NCBI GenBank assembly: GCA_046048995.1
Contig: JBJOEZ010000001.1
Location: forward strand, 25,048-89,047
Reading direction: 5' to 3'
DNA from: Verrucomicrobiota bacterium
GTDB lineage: Bacteria; Verrucomicrobiota; Verrucomicrobiia; Limisphaerales; JADJPG01
DNA length: 64,000 nucleotides
Shown: in pieces, positions 9,508 through 17,888 of the stretch
Position numbering within the stretch: the first letter of the stretch is position 1
How the letters are laid out: each line of letters begins with the position of its first letter
Program-made: the position numbers and the translations under genes
The notes under the pieces: generated by a model
Told to the model about the DNA's origin: nothing
What the model saw: the letters and a program-made list of their open reading frames with translations, nothing else
The model's database searches: none

Positions 9508-10665
9508 CTACAGGGCTTTGATCCGGTAGAGACGCGATCCAGGCGGCGGCATGTTGGTGTCCGTCCAGGTCATCGGCGCCCCGCTCCCGGTCGCCGTCAG
9601 GAGGTCTTTCCACTGGCCGCCGATGGCATCCAGCCCCTGGAGCACCTGGGTCCGGCCGGCGTGACTGGTGGAAGTGACCTGGAATCCACCGATGGTCTTG
9701 GCCTGCGCGGTGATCTGGATGGGGAAATTCGCGAGGTCATAGCGGAAGACCCCCTTGGTGTTCGTGCCCGCGAGGAGATACCTGGCATTGAGTTCCAGGT
9801 CGAAGATGGTCAAGTCCGTCAGCCCTTGGTTGATGGCCGACCAAGTGTCCCCGTTGTCACTGGAATAAAAGACGCCGGCCCCGAAGGAGCCGGCAAAGAT
9901 CAGGGATTCATGGCAGGCAAACCCGCGGTAGGAGCCGCTTGGCAGACCGTTCGTCAGCGGTGTCCAGGTCGCTCCGTAGTTGGTGGACCGGGAAACGCCG
10001 GAGCCGATGCCGCCGCCCGCGAACAGGGTGTTTCCCTTGGTGTGAATCGCCCGGAAGTTCGTGGAGTTGAGGCCATTGGTGACGGCCTGCCAGGTGCCCC
10101 CGAAGTTGGTGCTCCGAAAGATGCCTTGCGCCAGACAGCCCGCAAACAGGTCATTCCCGAGGGCAGTGATGCATCGGACATCCACCCCGGCCAGGCCGGC
10201 CGCCTCCCAGCCGTCGCCCTGGCTGGGGGAACGGAACACCCCGCTGGGTGTCACCACCACCAGATAGGGGTGCGCGTAAACGATCCCGTTGACGAGGAGG
10301 TCGGTCAGGCCGGCGCTTTTCGCCACCCAGTTCGATCCGCCATCGCTGCTCCGGAACACCCCCTGGCTCGTGCACGTGAACAGGAGGTTGGAGAGCACAC
10401 CAAACGCCCGGGTGGGTCCCCGGTTGTCGTTGCCGCTATTGGACGGCTGGAAGTTCTCCCCTGAATCCGAGGATGCATAAACCCCGGTCGAGCCCCCGGC
10501 GAAGGAACGGGATGCGGTGGCGAGGAGGCACTGGACGTTCGTTCCGGTGCCCGGGGAGGCTTGCCATTGGGCAAGGCCGGCCGGCGCGAACGCGGCCATT
10601 CCCAGCAAGGCCAAGCCCGCACGCCTGGCCCAGGCGGCAGCAACGACCGTTGGGGGAGGGCGCAC
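9508..10665 (-). CDS. Secreted BNR/Asp-box repeat beta-propeller protein
   Basis: GTG start at 10663-10665, with an alternative ATG at 10597-10599. It has a signal peptide (ARRAGLALLGMAAFAPAGLAQ) and six Asp-box-like repeats: SSDSGENF, SSDGGSNW, SPSQGDGW, STNFGGTW, STNYGATW, SSDNGDTW. The C-terminal domain ends in SRLYRIKAL. Confidence 0.75.
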   Translation of the reverse strand: MRPPPTVVAAAWARRAGLALLGMAAFAPAGLAQWQASPGTGTNVQCLLATASRSFAGGSTGVYASSDSGENFQPSNSGNDNRGPTRAFGVLSNLLFTCTSQGVFRSSDGGSNWVAKSAGLTDLLVNGIVYAHPYLVVVTPSGVFRSPSQGDGWEAAGLAGVDVRCITALGNDLFAGCLAQGIFRSTNFGGTWQAVTNGLNSTNFRAIHTKGNTLFAGGGIGSGVSRSTNYGATWTPLTNGLPSGSYRGFACHESLIFAGSFGAGVFYSSDNGDTWSAINQGLTDLTIFDLELNARYLLAGTNTKGVFRYDLANFPIQITAQAKTIGGFQVTSTSHAGRTQVLQGLDAIGGQWKDLLTATGSGAPMTWTDTNMPPPGSRLYRIKAL

Positions 10666-10754
10666 AAGACGGGCGCGTGTTTGGTTGGGGGGGATGGGCG
10701 GAAGCTATCCCGCCACCGGCAGGACAGCAAGCGCGAACGGGTGCGTGCGGAAGT

Positions 10755-10836
10755 GGGCTGTGCGGGAGCACAGCCCTACCGCATCGGGTAGGGCGGCACT
10801 CCGTGCCGCCCTGATCGATCGGGAGGCGCGCCCTCC
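10755..10836 (-). terminator. Stack of overlapping GC-rich hairpins immediately downstream of cysD (putative operon terminator, no U tract)
   Basis: Four stem-loops: GGGCTGTGC-ggga-GCACAGCCC (10755-10776), CCCTACC-n6-GGTAGGG (10774-10793), AGGGCGGCAC-tcc-GTGCCGCCCT (10790-10812) and GGAGG-cgcgc-CCTCC (10822-10836). The cysD stop is at 10843-10845. Confidence 0.35.
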
Positions 10837-10842
10837 GCGGGC

Positions 10843-11745
10843 CTAGAAGTAGCCCTGTTTCTTGCGGTCTTCCATGGCGGCCTCGCTGGCCTTGTCATCG
10901 GCGCGCGAGCCGCGCTCGGTCACGCGGGCGGCCGCGATCTCGGCGATGATGTCATCGACGGTGTTGGCCGGGCTTTCCACCAGGCCGGTGCTGATGATGT
11001 CGCCGATGGTGCGGACGCGCACGACGAGTTCCTGGACCTGTTCCTTGGCGGTGGGGGGGAGGATGTCGGTCACGGGCAGCCACTGGTTGCCGCGGCGGAC
11101 GCACTGGCGCCGGTGGCTGAAGTAGATGGTGGGCACCTCGAGGCGCTCGCGCTTGATGTATTCCCAGACGTCCATCTCGGTCCAGTTGGAGAGGGGGAAC
11201 ACGCGCATGTGTTCGCCGGGGTTCACGCGGCCGTTGTAGAGGTTCCAGATCTCCGGGCGCTGGTTCTTGGGATCCCACTGGCCGAAGGCGTCGCGGAAGC
11301 TGAAGAAACGTTCCTTGGCCCGGGCCTTTTCCTCGTCGCGGCGGGCGCCGCCGATGGCGCAGTCGAAGCGAAACTCCTCGAGGGCGGCCAGCAGGGTGGG
11401 AATCTGGAGCTTGTTGCGGCTGATCTCGCCGGGGGCGGGGGTGGCGATGCCGGCCTTGATGGCGTCCTCCACCTTCCGGACGATCAGCTTGCCGCCCAGT
11501 TCGGCCGCACGCCGGTCGCGGAACTCGTTCAGCTCGGGGAAATGATGCCCGGTGTCCACGTTCAGGAACGGCATCGGGATGTCGGACGGCCGGAACGCCT
11601 TCTCGGCCAGGCGCAGGAGGCAGATGGAATCCTTGCCGCCGGAGAACATCAGGGCCGGGCGCTCGAACTCCGCCGCGACCTCGCGCATGACGTGGATCGC
11701 TTCCGTCTCGAGATACTGGAGATGGTCGAGGTGGTAGCTGCTCAT
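10843..11745 (-). CDS. cysD: Sulfate adenylyltransferase subunit 2 (CysD)
   Basis: Start trimmed to ATG 11743-11745 (MSSYHLDHLQYLETEAIHVMREV...). It has the PP-loop motif FSGGKDS and a C-terminus RADDKASEAAMEDRKKQGYF typical of CysD. Confidence 0.92.
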   Translation of the reverse strand: MSSYHLDHLQYLETEAIHVMREVAAEFERPALMFSGGKDSICLLRLAEKAFRPSDIPMPFLNVDTGHHFPELNEFRDRRAAELGGKLIVRKVEDAIKAGIATPAPGEISRNKLQIPTLLAALEEFRFDCAIGGARRDEEKARAKERFFSFRDAFGQWDPKNQRPEIWNLYNGRVNPGEHMRVFPLSNWTEMDVWEYIKRERLEVPTIYFSHRRQCVRRGNQWLPVTDILPPTAKEQVQELVVRVRTIGDIISTGLVESPANTVDDIIAEIAAARVTERGSRADDKASEAAMEDRKKQGYF

Positions 11746-11768
11746 GGAAGGGGGTCGGATGCGGAGGG

Positions 11769-12437
11769 TCAGGCGGCGGGGCCCATCATCTTCTGGCCCC
11801 AGGCCACGTGCAGGCCGCACTCGCGCTTGTCGTCGGCCTTGGCGGGGTCGAAGTAGTCCCACTCGTTGGGCAGGCCGTGTTCCTTCAGGTAGGCCTCCAT
11901 CTGGGCGTCGGTCCAGTGGAAGAGCGGGCTGACCTTGAGGGTCTGGAAGCTCTGGTCGAGCACGGCGAGGTCGAGCCCGGCGCGGTTGGGGTTCTGGACC
12001 TTGCGCAGGGCGGTGAGCCAGACCGTGGGGGCCAGCTCGCGCATGCCGCGCTGGAAGGGTTCCAGCTTCATGACCTTGCTGAAGGCCTGCAGCCGTTCCT
12101 CGTTCTCCGGGGTCGCCTCGGGCACGCCGCCGCGGGTGGCGTCGTAATGGGCGGCGCTGAGGCGGGGGAGGTAGGGCTTGAGGTTGAGGTTCAGCCGGCG
12201 CTGGAGATCCTCGGCGTGCCGGTAGGTGGCGGGGCGGTTGTAGCCGTGGTCGACCCAGAGCACGGGGATGTCCGGCTGCACCTGGGTGGCGAGGTGGAGG
12301 AGGACGGCCTCGTAGGGGCGGAAGTTGGTGGAGATGAGGGCGCGGCCGCCGGCCTGGGCGATGGCCCAGCGGACGACGTCGAGGGCGGATTGGGTGCGCA
12401 GGCCGGGCAGGGCCTGGCTGAGTTCGGCGGCGGTCAT
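11769..12437 (-). CDS. cysH: Phosphoadenosine phosphosulfate (PAPS) reductase family protein (CysH)
   Basis: Start trimmed to ATG 12435-12437, 4 nt after the upstream stop. It has the C-terminal KRECGLH motif and belongs to the PAPS_reduct family. That motif holds its only cysteine, so there are no Fe-S cysteine pairs. Confidence 0.88.
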   Translation of the reverse strand: MTAAELSQALPGLRTQSALDVVRWAIAQAGGRALISTNFRPYEAVLLHLATQVQPDIPVLWVDHGYNRPATYRHAEDLQRRLNLNLKPYLPRLSAAHYDATRGGVPEATPENEERLQAFSKVMKLEPFQRGMRELAPTVWLTALRKVQNPNRAGLDLAVLDQSFQTLKVSPLFHWTDAQMEAYLKEHGLPNEWDYFDPAKADDKRECGLHVAWGQKMMGPAA

Positions 12438-12441
12438 GGGG

Positions 12442-14139
12442 TCAGGAGGCAGCGGCGGCCGGGGTGCCGGAGGCCGGGAGGGCGCGCGTGCACCAGTCGC
12501 CGAACCGTTCACCCGGCTGGCGCTCGGCGGCGTAGCGCTGGAGGAGGGGACCCAGCTCGGCCTCGATCTCGGCATCCTTGACGACCTCCTTGTGCAGGCG
12601 GTTGAGGCGGGTGCCGGCGGCGTTGCCGCCCAGCCAGAGCTGGTAGCGGCCGGGGGCCTTCCCGACGAAGGCCATCTCGGCCATGTAGGGCCGGGCGCAG
12701 CCGTTGGGGCAGCCGGTGGAGCGGATGACGATCTCCTCGTTGCCGAGGCCGGCCCCGGCGCAGAGCTTGCCGATGCGATCGACGAGGCCCGGGAGCATGC
12801 GCTCGGATTCCGCGAGGGCGAGGCCGCAGGTGGGCAGGGCGGGGCAGGCCATGGAGGCGCCGTGCAGCACGCTGGTCTGGTTGGCGGTCTTGACCCCGTG
12901 TTCGGCCAGGAGCGCGTCGATGCCGGCGCGGCTGGCCTCGGGGACGTTGGCGAGGAGCACGTTCTGGTTGCCCGACAGGCGGAACTCGATGCCGGGAAAC
13001 GCCTCGGCCACGCGGCGCAGGGCGGTCTTCATCCGGTGCTGGCCCTGGTCCTTGATGCGGCCGGTCTCGACGTAGAGGGTGAGGAACCAGTGGCCGTCGA
13101 CGGCGCGCTGCCAGCCGTAGACGTCGCTCATCGTGTGGAACTGCTGGGGCTTGGCCGGCTGCAGCGTCACCCCGGCGCGCTTCTCCACCTCGGCGCGGGT
13201 CCAGTCCGCGCCGCGTTCCTCGACCACGTATTTGAGGCGGGCGTGCTTGCGGTCGGAGCGGTCGCCGAAGTCGCGGTGGACGGTGAGGACGGCCTTGGCC
13301 ACGTCGATGAGCTTGTCCGGGGTGAAGAACCCGAGGACGGAGGCCAGGCGGGGGTAGGTGGTGGACTGCCCGTGGGAGCGGCCCATGCCACCGCCGACGG
13401 CGAGGTTGTAGCCGAGCAGGCGGTCGCCCTCGATGATGGCGATGAAGCCGAGGCAGTTCGTGAACACGTCCATGTCGTTCACCGGGGGGATGACGAAGGC
13501 CGTCTTGAACTTCCGCGGCAGGTATTGCTTGCCGTAGAGGGGGTCCTCGAAGCCGCGGACCGAGGGGTCGTCGAGGTTGAGCTGCACGCCGTCGATCCAG
13601 ATGGAGTGGTAGGCGCCGGTCTGGGGCGCGAGGGCGAGGGCCACGCGGTGGGCGTCCTCGAACACCTGCTGGCGGGCGCGGGTGGTGGCCGGCGTCGGCG
13701 GGGCCATCACGTTGCGGCTGACGTCGCCGCAGGCGGCCAGGGTGGAAAGGAGCGATTCGTTGATACGCTTGACCAGGGTGCCGAGGCCGGACTTCACCAC
13801 GCCGTGGAACTGGATGCTCTGGCGCGTGGTCAGGCGCAGGGTCTGGTTCCCATACTGGTTGGCCAGGTCATCGAAGGTGATCCACTGGGCCGGGGTCATG
13901 ACGCCGCCCGGGATGCGCCCGCGGATCATCATGATGTATTTCTTCTGCGTCTTGCGCAGGTCGCGGTCGTCCTGCTGGTAAATTCCGTGGAACTTGAGGA
14001 ACTGGCCGTCGTCGTCGGAGAACCGGTCGGCGGCGGGGTCGGCCAGGGTGGCGGCGATGGTGCCGGCCAGCGTCGGGATGGCCGACTTGATGTCCTCGTT
14101 GTGCGTCTGTTTTGGCGCGGGGGCCGCAGGAGTCGTCAT
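12442..14139 (-). CDS. cysI: Assimilatory sulfite reductase hemoprotein (siroheme/4Fe-4S)
   Basis: FLKFHGIYQQDDRDLRKTQKKYIMMIRGRIPGGV is CysI-like. The siroheme-FeS cysteine clusters ACPALPTCGLA and TGCPNGCARPY are present. I preferred ATG 14137-14139 over the TTG at 14160. Whether the electron donor is NADPH or ferredoxin cannot be decided, and no cysJ is present here. Confidence 0.88.
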   Translation of the reverse strand: MTTPAAPAPKQTHNEDIKSAIPTLAGTIAATLADPAADRFSDDDGQFLKFHGIYQQDDRDLRKTQKKYIMMIRGRIPGGVMTPAQWITFDDLANQYGNQTLRLTTRQSIQFHGVVKSGLGTLVKRINESLLSTLAACGDVSRNVMAPPTPATTRARQQVFEDAHRVALALAPQTGAYHSIWIDGVQLNLDDPSVRGFEDPLYGKQYLPRKFKTAFVIPPVNDMDVFTNCLGFIAIIEGDRLLGYNLAVGGGMGRSHGQSTTYPRLASVLGFFTPDKLIDVAKAVLTVHRDFGDRSDRKHARLKYVVEERGADWTRAEVEKRAGVTLQPAKPQQFHTMSDVYGWQRAVDGHWFLTLYVETGRIKDQGQHRMKTALRRVAEAFPGIEFRLSGNQNVLLANVPEASRAGIDALLAEHGVKTANQTSVLHGASMACPALPTCGLALAESERMLPGLVDRIGKLCAGAGLGNEEIVIRSTGCPNGCARPYMAEMAFVGKAPGRYQLWLGGNAAGTRLNRLHKEVVKDAEIEAELGPLLQRYAAERQPGERFGDWCTRALPASGTPAAAAS

Positions 14140-14307
14140 AACTTGACCCAGGCCCCTCAAGGGACCGGGCCGGGCATCCTGTCAGCGCCCGACCCGCCTT
14201 TCGAGCATCATTTTTCTTATGACACGACGCAGGGGTCGCCCCCCCTCCGCCGGGCCGGGATGCAATCCGGCATCGCCAGGGCGTCCGCCCGGCGGCATGC
14301 TCAGGCC

Positions 14308-16275
14308 ATGCGCCTCCCTTTTCGCCCCGCCCGGGTGGCCGGCCTTGCCTTGGCGGGTCTGCTCGCGCCGTGGCTGCGCGCGGCGGACCTGCCCAAGCCA
14401 TGGCCGGTGCCGGCCGCCCTGCAGAATCCCTGGCCGACCGCCTGGGAGGAGGCCTACCAGGCCCGCGTCCGGCATGTCCTGGAGGCGTGGCGCGGGCGCA
14501 AGTCGGGGGGCACCACCTTTGGTGAGAGCGAGAAGGCCCTTTACCCGGCCGCCATGCTGGCCTTCCTGAACGGGCGCACCGAGGAGGCCCTCAAGGCCCT
14601 GCAGGAGGAGGACAACCAGGCCCGCACCGACCATGCCCACACCCTGGGCATCGACTATTACTGGTGCTTCACCCTCAAGGGCCAGGTGCGGAAGTATTTT
14701 TATTTCGGCCCGCACCTGGACCCGGACTATCGGCGCCGGATGTTTGAGGCCGCCCGGATCTGGACGGAGGAGGACCCGCTGCGCCGGCCGCATCCGCGCC
14801 ATGGCAAGGGCGATCCCGGCCGGGGCGTCTGGGGCCCGGAGAACAAGGGGTCCTGGGTGGATGTGCGCAACACGGACAACCTGCGCGCCATGCGGGACAT
14901 CGGCGTGTATTTGCTGGCCGAGGAGACGGGCAACGAGGCCACGCGCCGGGTCTATCGCCAGCGCCTGACGGAGTATGTGCAGACCCTTCACCACATCGGG
15001 ATGAGCGAGTGGGATTCGCCCAATTACCACAACCACGCCCTGGCCACCTACCTGAACCTGCACGACTTCGCGCGGGACCCGGAGGTGAGGGGCCTGGCCA
15101 AGGCCGCGCTGGACTGGCTGTGCGCGGCGGCGGCGCTGAAGTACCGCCATGGGGCCATCGGCGGGCCGAACGCGCGGGATTATGGCGGGCGCCGCGTCTT
15201 TGACCAGGGCGCCTCGCATGCGCTGTGGCTTTACTTTGGCGACACCCCGCAGCCCAGCCCGGATCCCGAGCGCGACCTGGTGCATCACCTGACGAGCAGC
15301 TACCGGCCGCCGCGCGCGGTGGTGGAACTGGCCCGCAAGCGCGTGGCGGCCCCGGTGGAACTGCTGGCCACCCACCCGCCCTACCGCAACTGGAAGCCCG
15401 GCGAGGCGACCGTGCCGGAGTATTTTGAGACCCAGTTCCTCGGCCGCACCTTCCAGCTGGGCACCTGCACGAGCGTGAGCACCGGCGGGTTGTGGAACAT
15501 CAATGCCTTCACCCTGGTGGCCGACCATGCCGGGCGGGGTGCGGACATGGTCTACGCGAACACCGGGACCGCCGTGGGCCACTCATGGAAGCGGCCGGGC
15601 GACCAGGTGGCGCAATACCGTCAGCTCGCCCTCTGGCTGCGCCCGGCGCGCCCGGCCAGCCCGTTCCAGTTCCAGCTGCCGAGCACGGCCCGGACGGAGG
15701 TGCGCGACGGCGTGTGGTTTGTGCAGCTGGAGCGCACCTGGCTGGCCGTGCGGCCGATGGGCCTGGGGCCGTTCCGGGCGTTGTCCTGGGCGGACCTGGC
15801 CGAGCCGCCCAAGGGCAAGGAAACGGAGCGCCGCCTGCCGCGCGAGGCGGCCACGGAAACGATCTGGGCGGCGGAGACCACCGGGGCGCGTTACGCCGGG
15901 TTCGCCCTTGAGGTGGGTGAGGAGCCCGGGTCTTCCTATGTGGAATTCCGCGACGCGGTCCTGCGGCGCGGCCGGCTGGATGCGGCCCGTCTGGAGCAGG
16001 GGATGGCGCGGCTGACCGGTGTGGACGGGTCGACCCTCGAGCTGCGGCACCAGGCTGGCACCGAACTGCCCGGGGTGGCGCGGAACGGGGTGGAGGTGGA
16101 CTGGCCGACCTGGCGGGACCCCTACGGGGCGGGTTCGGTGGGGGAACCGCCCCTGCGCCAGGCCTGGCTGGGCGGGGAATTGCAGGTTAGCGCGGGCGGC
16201 TGGGAGTTCCGCTCGCGGGTGGGGACCGATGGCCGGGCCGTGTTTTCGGAGCGGCGCCAGGCCGGGGGTGAATGA
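14308..16275 (+). CDS. Hypothetical exported protein (655 aa); possibly an alpha/alpha-toroid polysaccharide-lyase-like fold, unassigned
   Basis: This is the C-terminal two-thirds of track ORF 12325..16275. The upstream part is antisense to cysI/cysH. ATG 14308 gives the signal peptide MRLPFRPARVAGLALAGLLAPWLRAADLP. Sequence is non-repetitive (WDSPNYHNHALATYLNLHDF...). I could not assign a family. Confidence 0.6.
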   Translation: MRLPFRPARVAGLALAGLLAPWLRAADLPKPWPVPAALQNPWPTAWEEAYQARVRHVLEAWRGRKSGGTTFGESEKALYPAAMLAFLNGRTEEALKALQEEDNQARTDHAHTLGIDYYWCFTLKGQVRKYFYFGPHLDPDYRRRMFEAARIWTEEDPLRRPHPRHGKGDPGRGVWGPENKGSWVDVRNTDNLRAMRDIGVYLLAEETGNEATRRVYRQRLTEYVQTLHHIGMSEWDSPNYHNHALATYLNLHDFARDPEVRGLAKAALDWLCAAAALKYRHGAIGGPNARDYGGRRVFDQGASHALWLYFGDTPQPSPDPERDLVHHLTSSYRPPRAVVELARKRVAAPVELLATHPPYRNWKPGEATVPEYFETQFLGRTFQLGTCTSVSTGGLWNINAFTLVADHAGRGADMVYANTGTAVGHSWKRPGDQVAQYRQLALWLRPARPASPFQFQLPSTARTEVRDGVWFVQLERTWLAVRPMGLGPFRALSWADLAEPPKGKETERRLPREAATETIWAAETTGARYAGFALEVGEEPGSSYVEFRDAVLRRGRLDAARLEQGMARLTGVDGSTLELRHQAGTELPGVARNGVEVDWPTWRDPYGAGSVGEPPLRQAWLGGELQVSAGGWEFRSRVGTDGRAVFSERRQAGGE

Positions 16276-16280
16276 CCCCT

Positions 16281-16331
16281 TGGAGTGCGGAAGCCACGCT
16301 TCCGCCGCACCCGCGCCAGCCCTGCTGCCGC
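16281..16331 (+). repeat. Degenerate second copy of the three-way-junction element, copy B
   Basis: TGGAGT [GCGGAAGC cac GCTTCCGC] CGCACCC [GCGCCAGC cct GCTGCCGC]. The first hairpin is perfect, the second has one mismatch, and the 3' closing ACTCCA is missing. It starts 5 nt after the stop at 16275. Confidence 0.7.
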
Positions 16332-16344
16332 GGCCCGGGTTGCC

Positions 16345-17760
16345 TCAGGCCACGGCCGGCGGGGCGAAGCCCTCGCGGTAGGTGCGGCCGAGGATTTCCT
16401 TGTTGGCCTGCTCGTGGTTGCTGAAGCGGAAGTTGGCGGCGTCCCAGCGCAGTTCCTGGCCGGGGAAGCGGGTGGCCTTGACCGCGAGCAGGGCGGGCTC
16501 GGTGATGCGCCAGCCAATCTGGAACGGGGCCCAGAGCGGTTTCTTGGCGCCGAGGCAGTTGTCGGCCCAGTCCTTCCAGTGGTTGCGCGGCTCGACCTCG
16601 GGCATGGGCTCGTTGTCGACCACCTTGCCTTGGCGGAAGATCGTGACCTTGCCGTCGGCCTGGAGCAGGAGGGTGCCCTCCTCGCAGACGACCATGGTGT
16701 GGTTGGAGCCGACCTTGGTGGGGGGCAGGCCGAGGGACGCGAAGGACGGCAGCAGGGTGGTGTCGTTGTAGTGCACGACGAACTTGCTGCGGGCGAACTT
16801 GCCGCCGCCGGGGTAGGTGAGGGTGCTCTGGTTGTGGGCGGAGTGGCCGGTGTTGGAGGGACGGATGGTGTGGGTGAGGACCGCCTCGGGGGAGGGCAGG
16901 TCGTAGGCAAAGTAGAGCAGGTCCAGCAGGTGGCAGCCCCAGTCGGCCAACTGGCCGCCGCCGGTCTCCCAATAGGCGCGCCAGCGCCGCGGGGCCAGCT
17001 CCTCGCAGTAGGGCAGGTCGGCGCTGATGGGGCCGCGCCACAGGTTCCAGTCCAGGTGGGCCGGCACCGGCTTGGCCGCGCCGTAGCCGCTCCAGGGGTC
17101 CACGAAGTAATGGCCCTTCTCCACGCTGCCCGTCCAGACCCAGGCCTCGACCGGGCGCCCGAGCTGGTTCTTGCGGAGAATCTCCACCGCCTGCATGCGG
17201 CCCTTCAGGCACGCGCGCTGGTTGCCCATCTGGGTGACCAGTGCGGGCCGCGCCGCCAGGCCGTCCCGGATCATCCGCAGCTCGTCCAGCTGGTGGACCA
17301 GCGGCTTCTGGCCGTAGACGTGCTTCCCGTGCTTCAGGGCCGTGAGGATCATCGGCGCATGATGGAAGTCCGGCGCCTCCACGATGACGGCGTCGAAATC
17401 GCCGGCCTTGTTGGCGAAGGCCTCGCGGTAATCCTTCAGGGTCCAGGCGTTCGGGTGCTCCTTCTGGATGCGGTCCAGCTCGCGCTGGTCGACATCGCAG
17501 AACCCGGCCCACTCAATCTGCGGATGGCCCTTCAGGCCGTTGCGTTCCAGGCCGCCGATGCCGCCCACGCCGATCTGGAACAGGCGCAGCTTGCTGTTCT
17601 TGTTGAGCTGGGCGCGCGCCGGGAGGGACAGGGCGGCCAGGCCCGCGGTGGCGAGGGCGCCGGTCTTCAGGAAGCTGCGGCGGTCAAGGCCGCCGGCCAG
17701 GGGGTGATTCGCGTGGGTGTTCATGGTTGGAATGGAGGTGGCTGGACGGGGTCGGAGCAT
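16345..17760 (-). CDS. Gfo/Idh/MocA family oxidoreductase with twin-arginine signal
   Basis: Tat leader DRRSFLKTGALATAGLAALSLPARA is followed by the Rossmann motif LRLFQIGVGGIGG and the typical GKHVYGQKPL. An alternative ATG start lies at 17722-17724. Confidence 0.85.
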   Translation of the reverse strand: MLRPRPATSIPTMNTHANHPLAGGLDRRSFLKTGALATAGLAALSLPARAQLNKNSKLRLFQIGVGGIGGLERNGLKGHPQIEWAGFCDVDQRELDRIQKEHPNAWTLKDYREAFANKAGDFDAVIVEAPDFHHAPMILTALKHGKHVYGQKPLVHQLDELRMIRDGLAARPALVTQMGNQRACLKGRMQAVEILRKNQLGRPVEAWVWTGSVEKGHYFVDPWSGYGAAKPVPAHLDWNLWRGPISADLPYCEELAPRRWRAYWETGGGQLADWGCHLLDLLYFAYDLPSPEAVLTHTIRPSNTGHSAHNQSTLTYPGGGKFARSKFVVHYNDTTLLPSFASLGLPPTKVGSNHTMVVCEEGTLLLQADGKVTIFRQGKVVDNEPMPEVEPRNHWKDWADNCLGAKKPLWAPFQIGWRITEPALLAVKATRFPGQELRWDAANFRFSNHEQANKEILGRTYREGFAPPAVA

Positions 17761-17888
17761 GGACGGGAAGGGCAGGGGAGAGGAAGCCTGAAATCACTCC
17801 GCGCGGCGCGCGGCGCTGGTCGGCCTGGGTCCGTCCTTTCCGCTGGCGGGCGGGCTGTGGGACTGGCTAGACTGCAAGGCAACGTGGC

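Noticed and set aside
12325-14307. N-terminal 660 codons of track ORF 12325..16275
   Set aside because: This part is antisense to cysH and the sulfite reductase and is Gly/Ala/Glu low complexity. The real gene begins at ATG 14308 with a signal peptide.
14140-14307. Riboswitch (for example SAM-type) in the leader of the sulfite reductase-cysH-cysD operon
   Set aside because: Reading the minus-strand leader, I could not find the conserved SAM-I, SAM-II or other sulfur-related riboswitch core sequences. The region has only one short AT-rich patch, consistent with divergent promoters.
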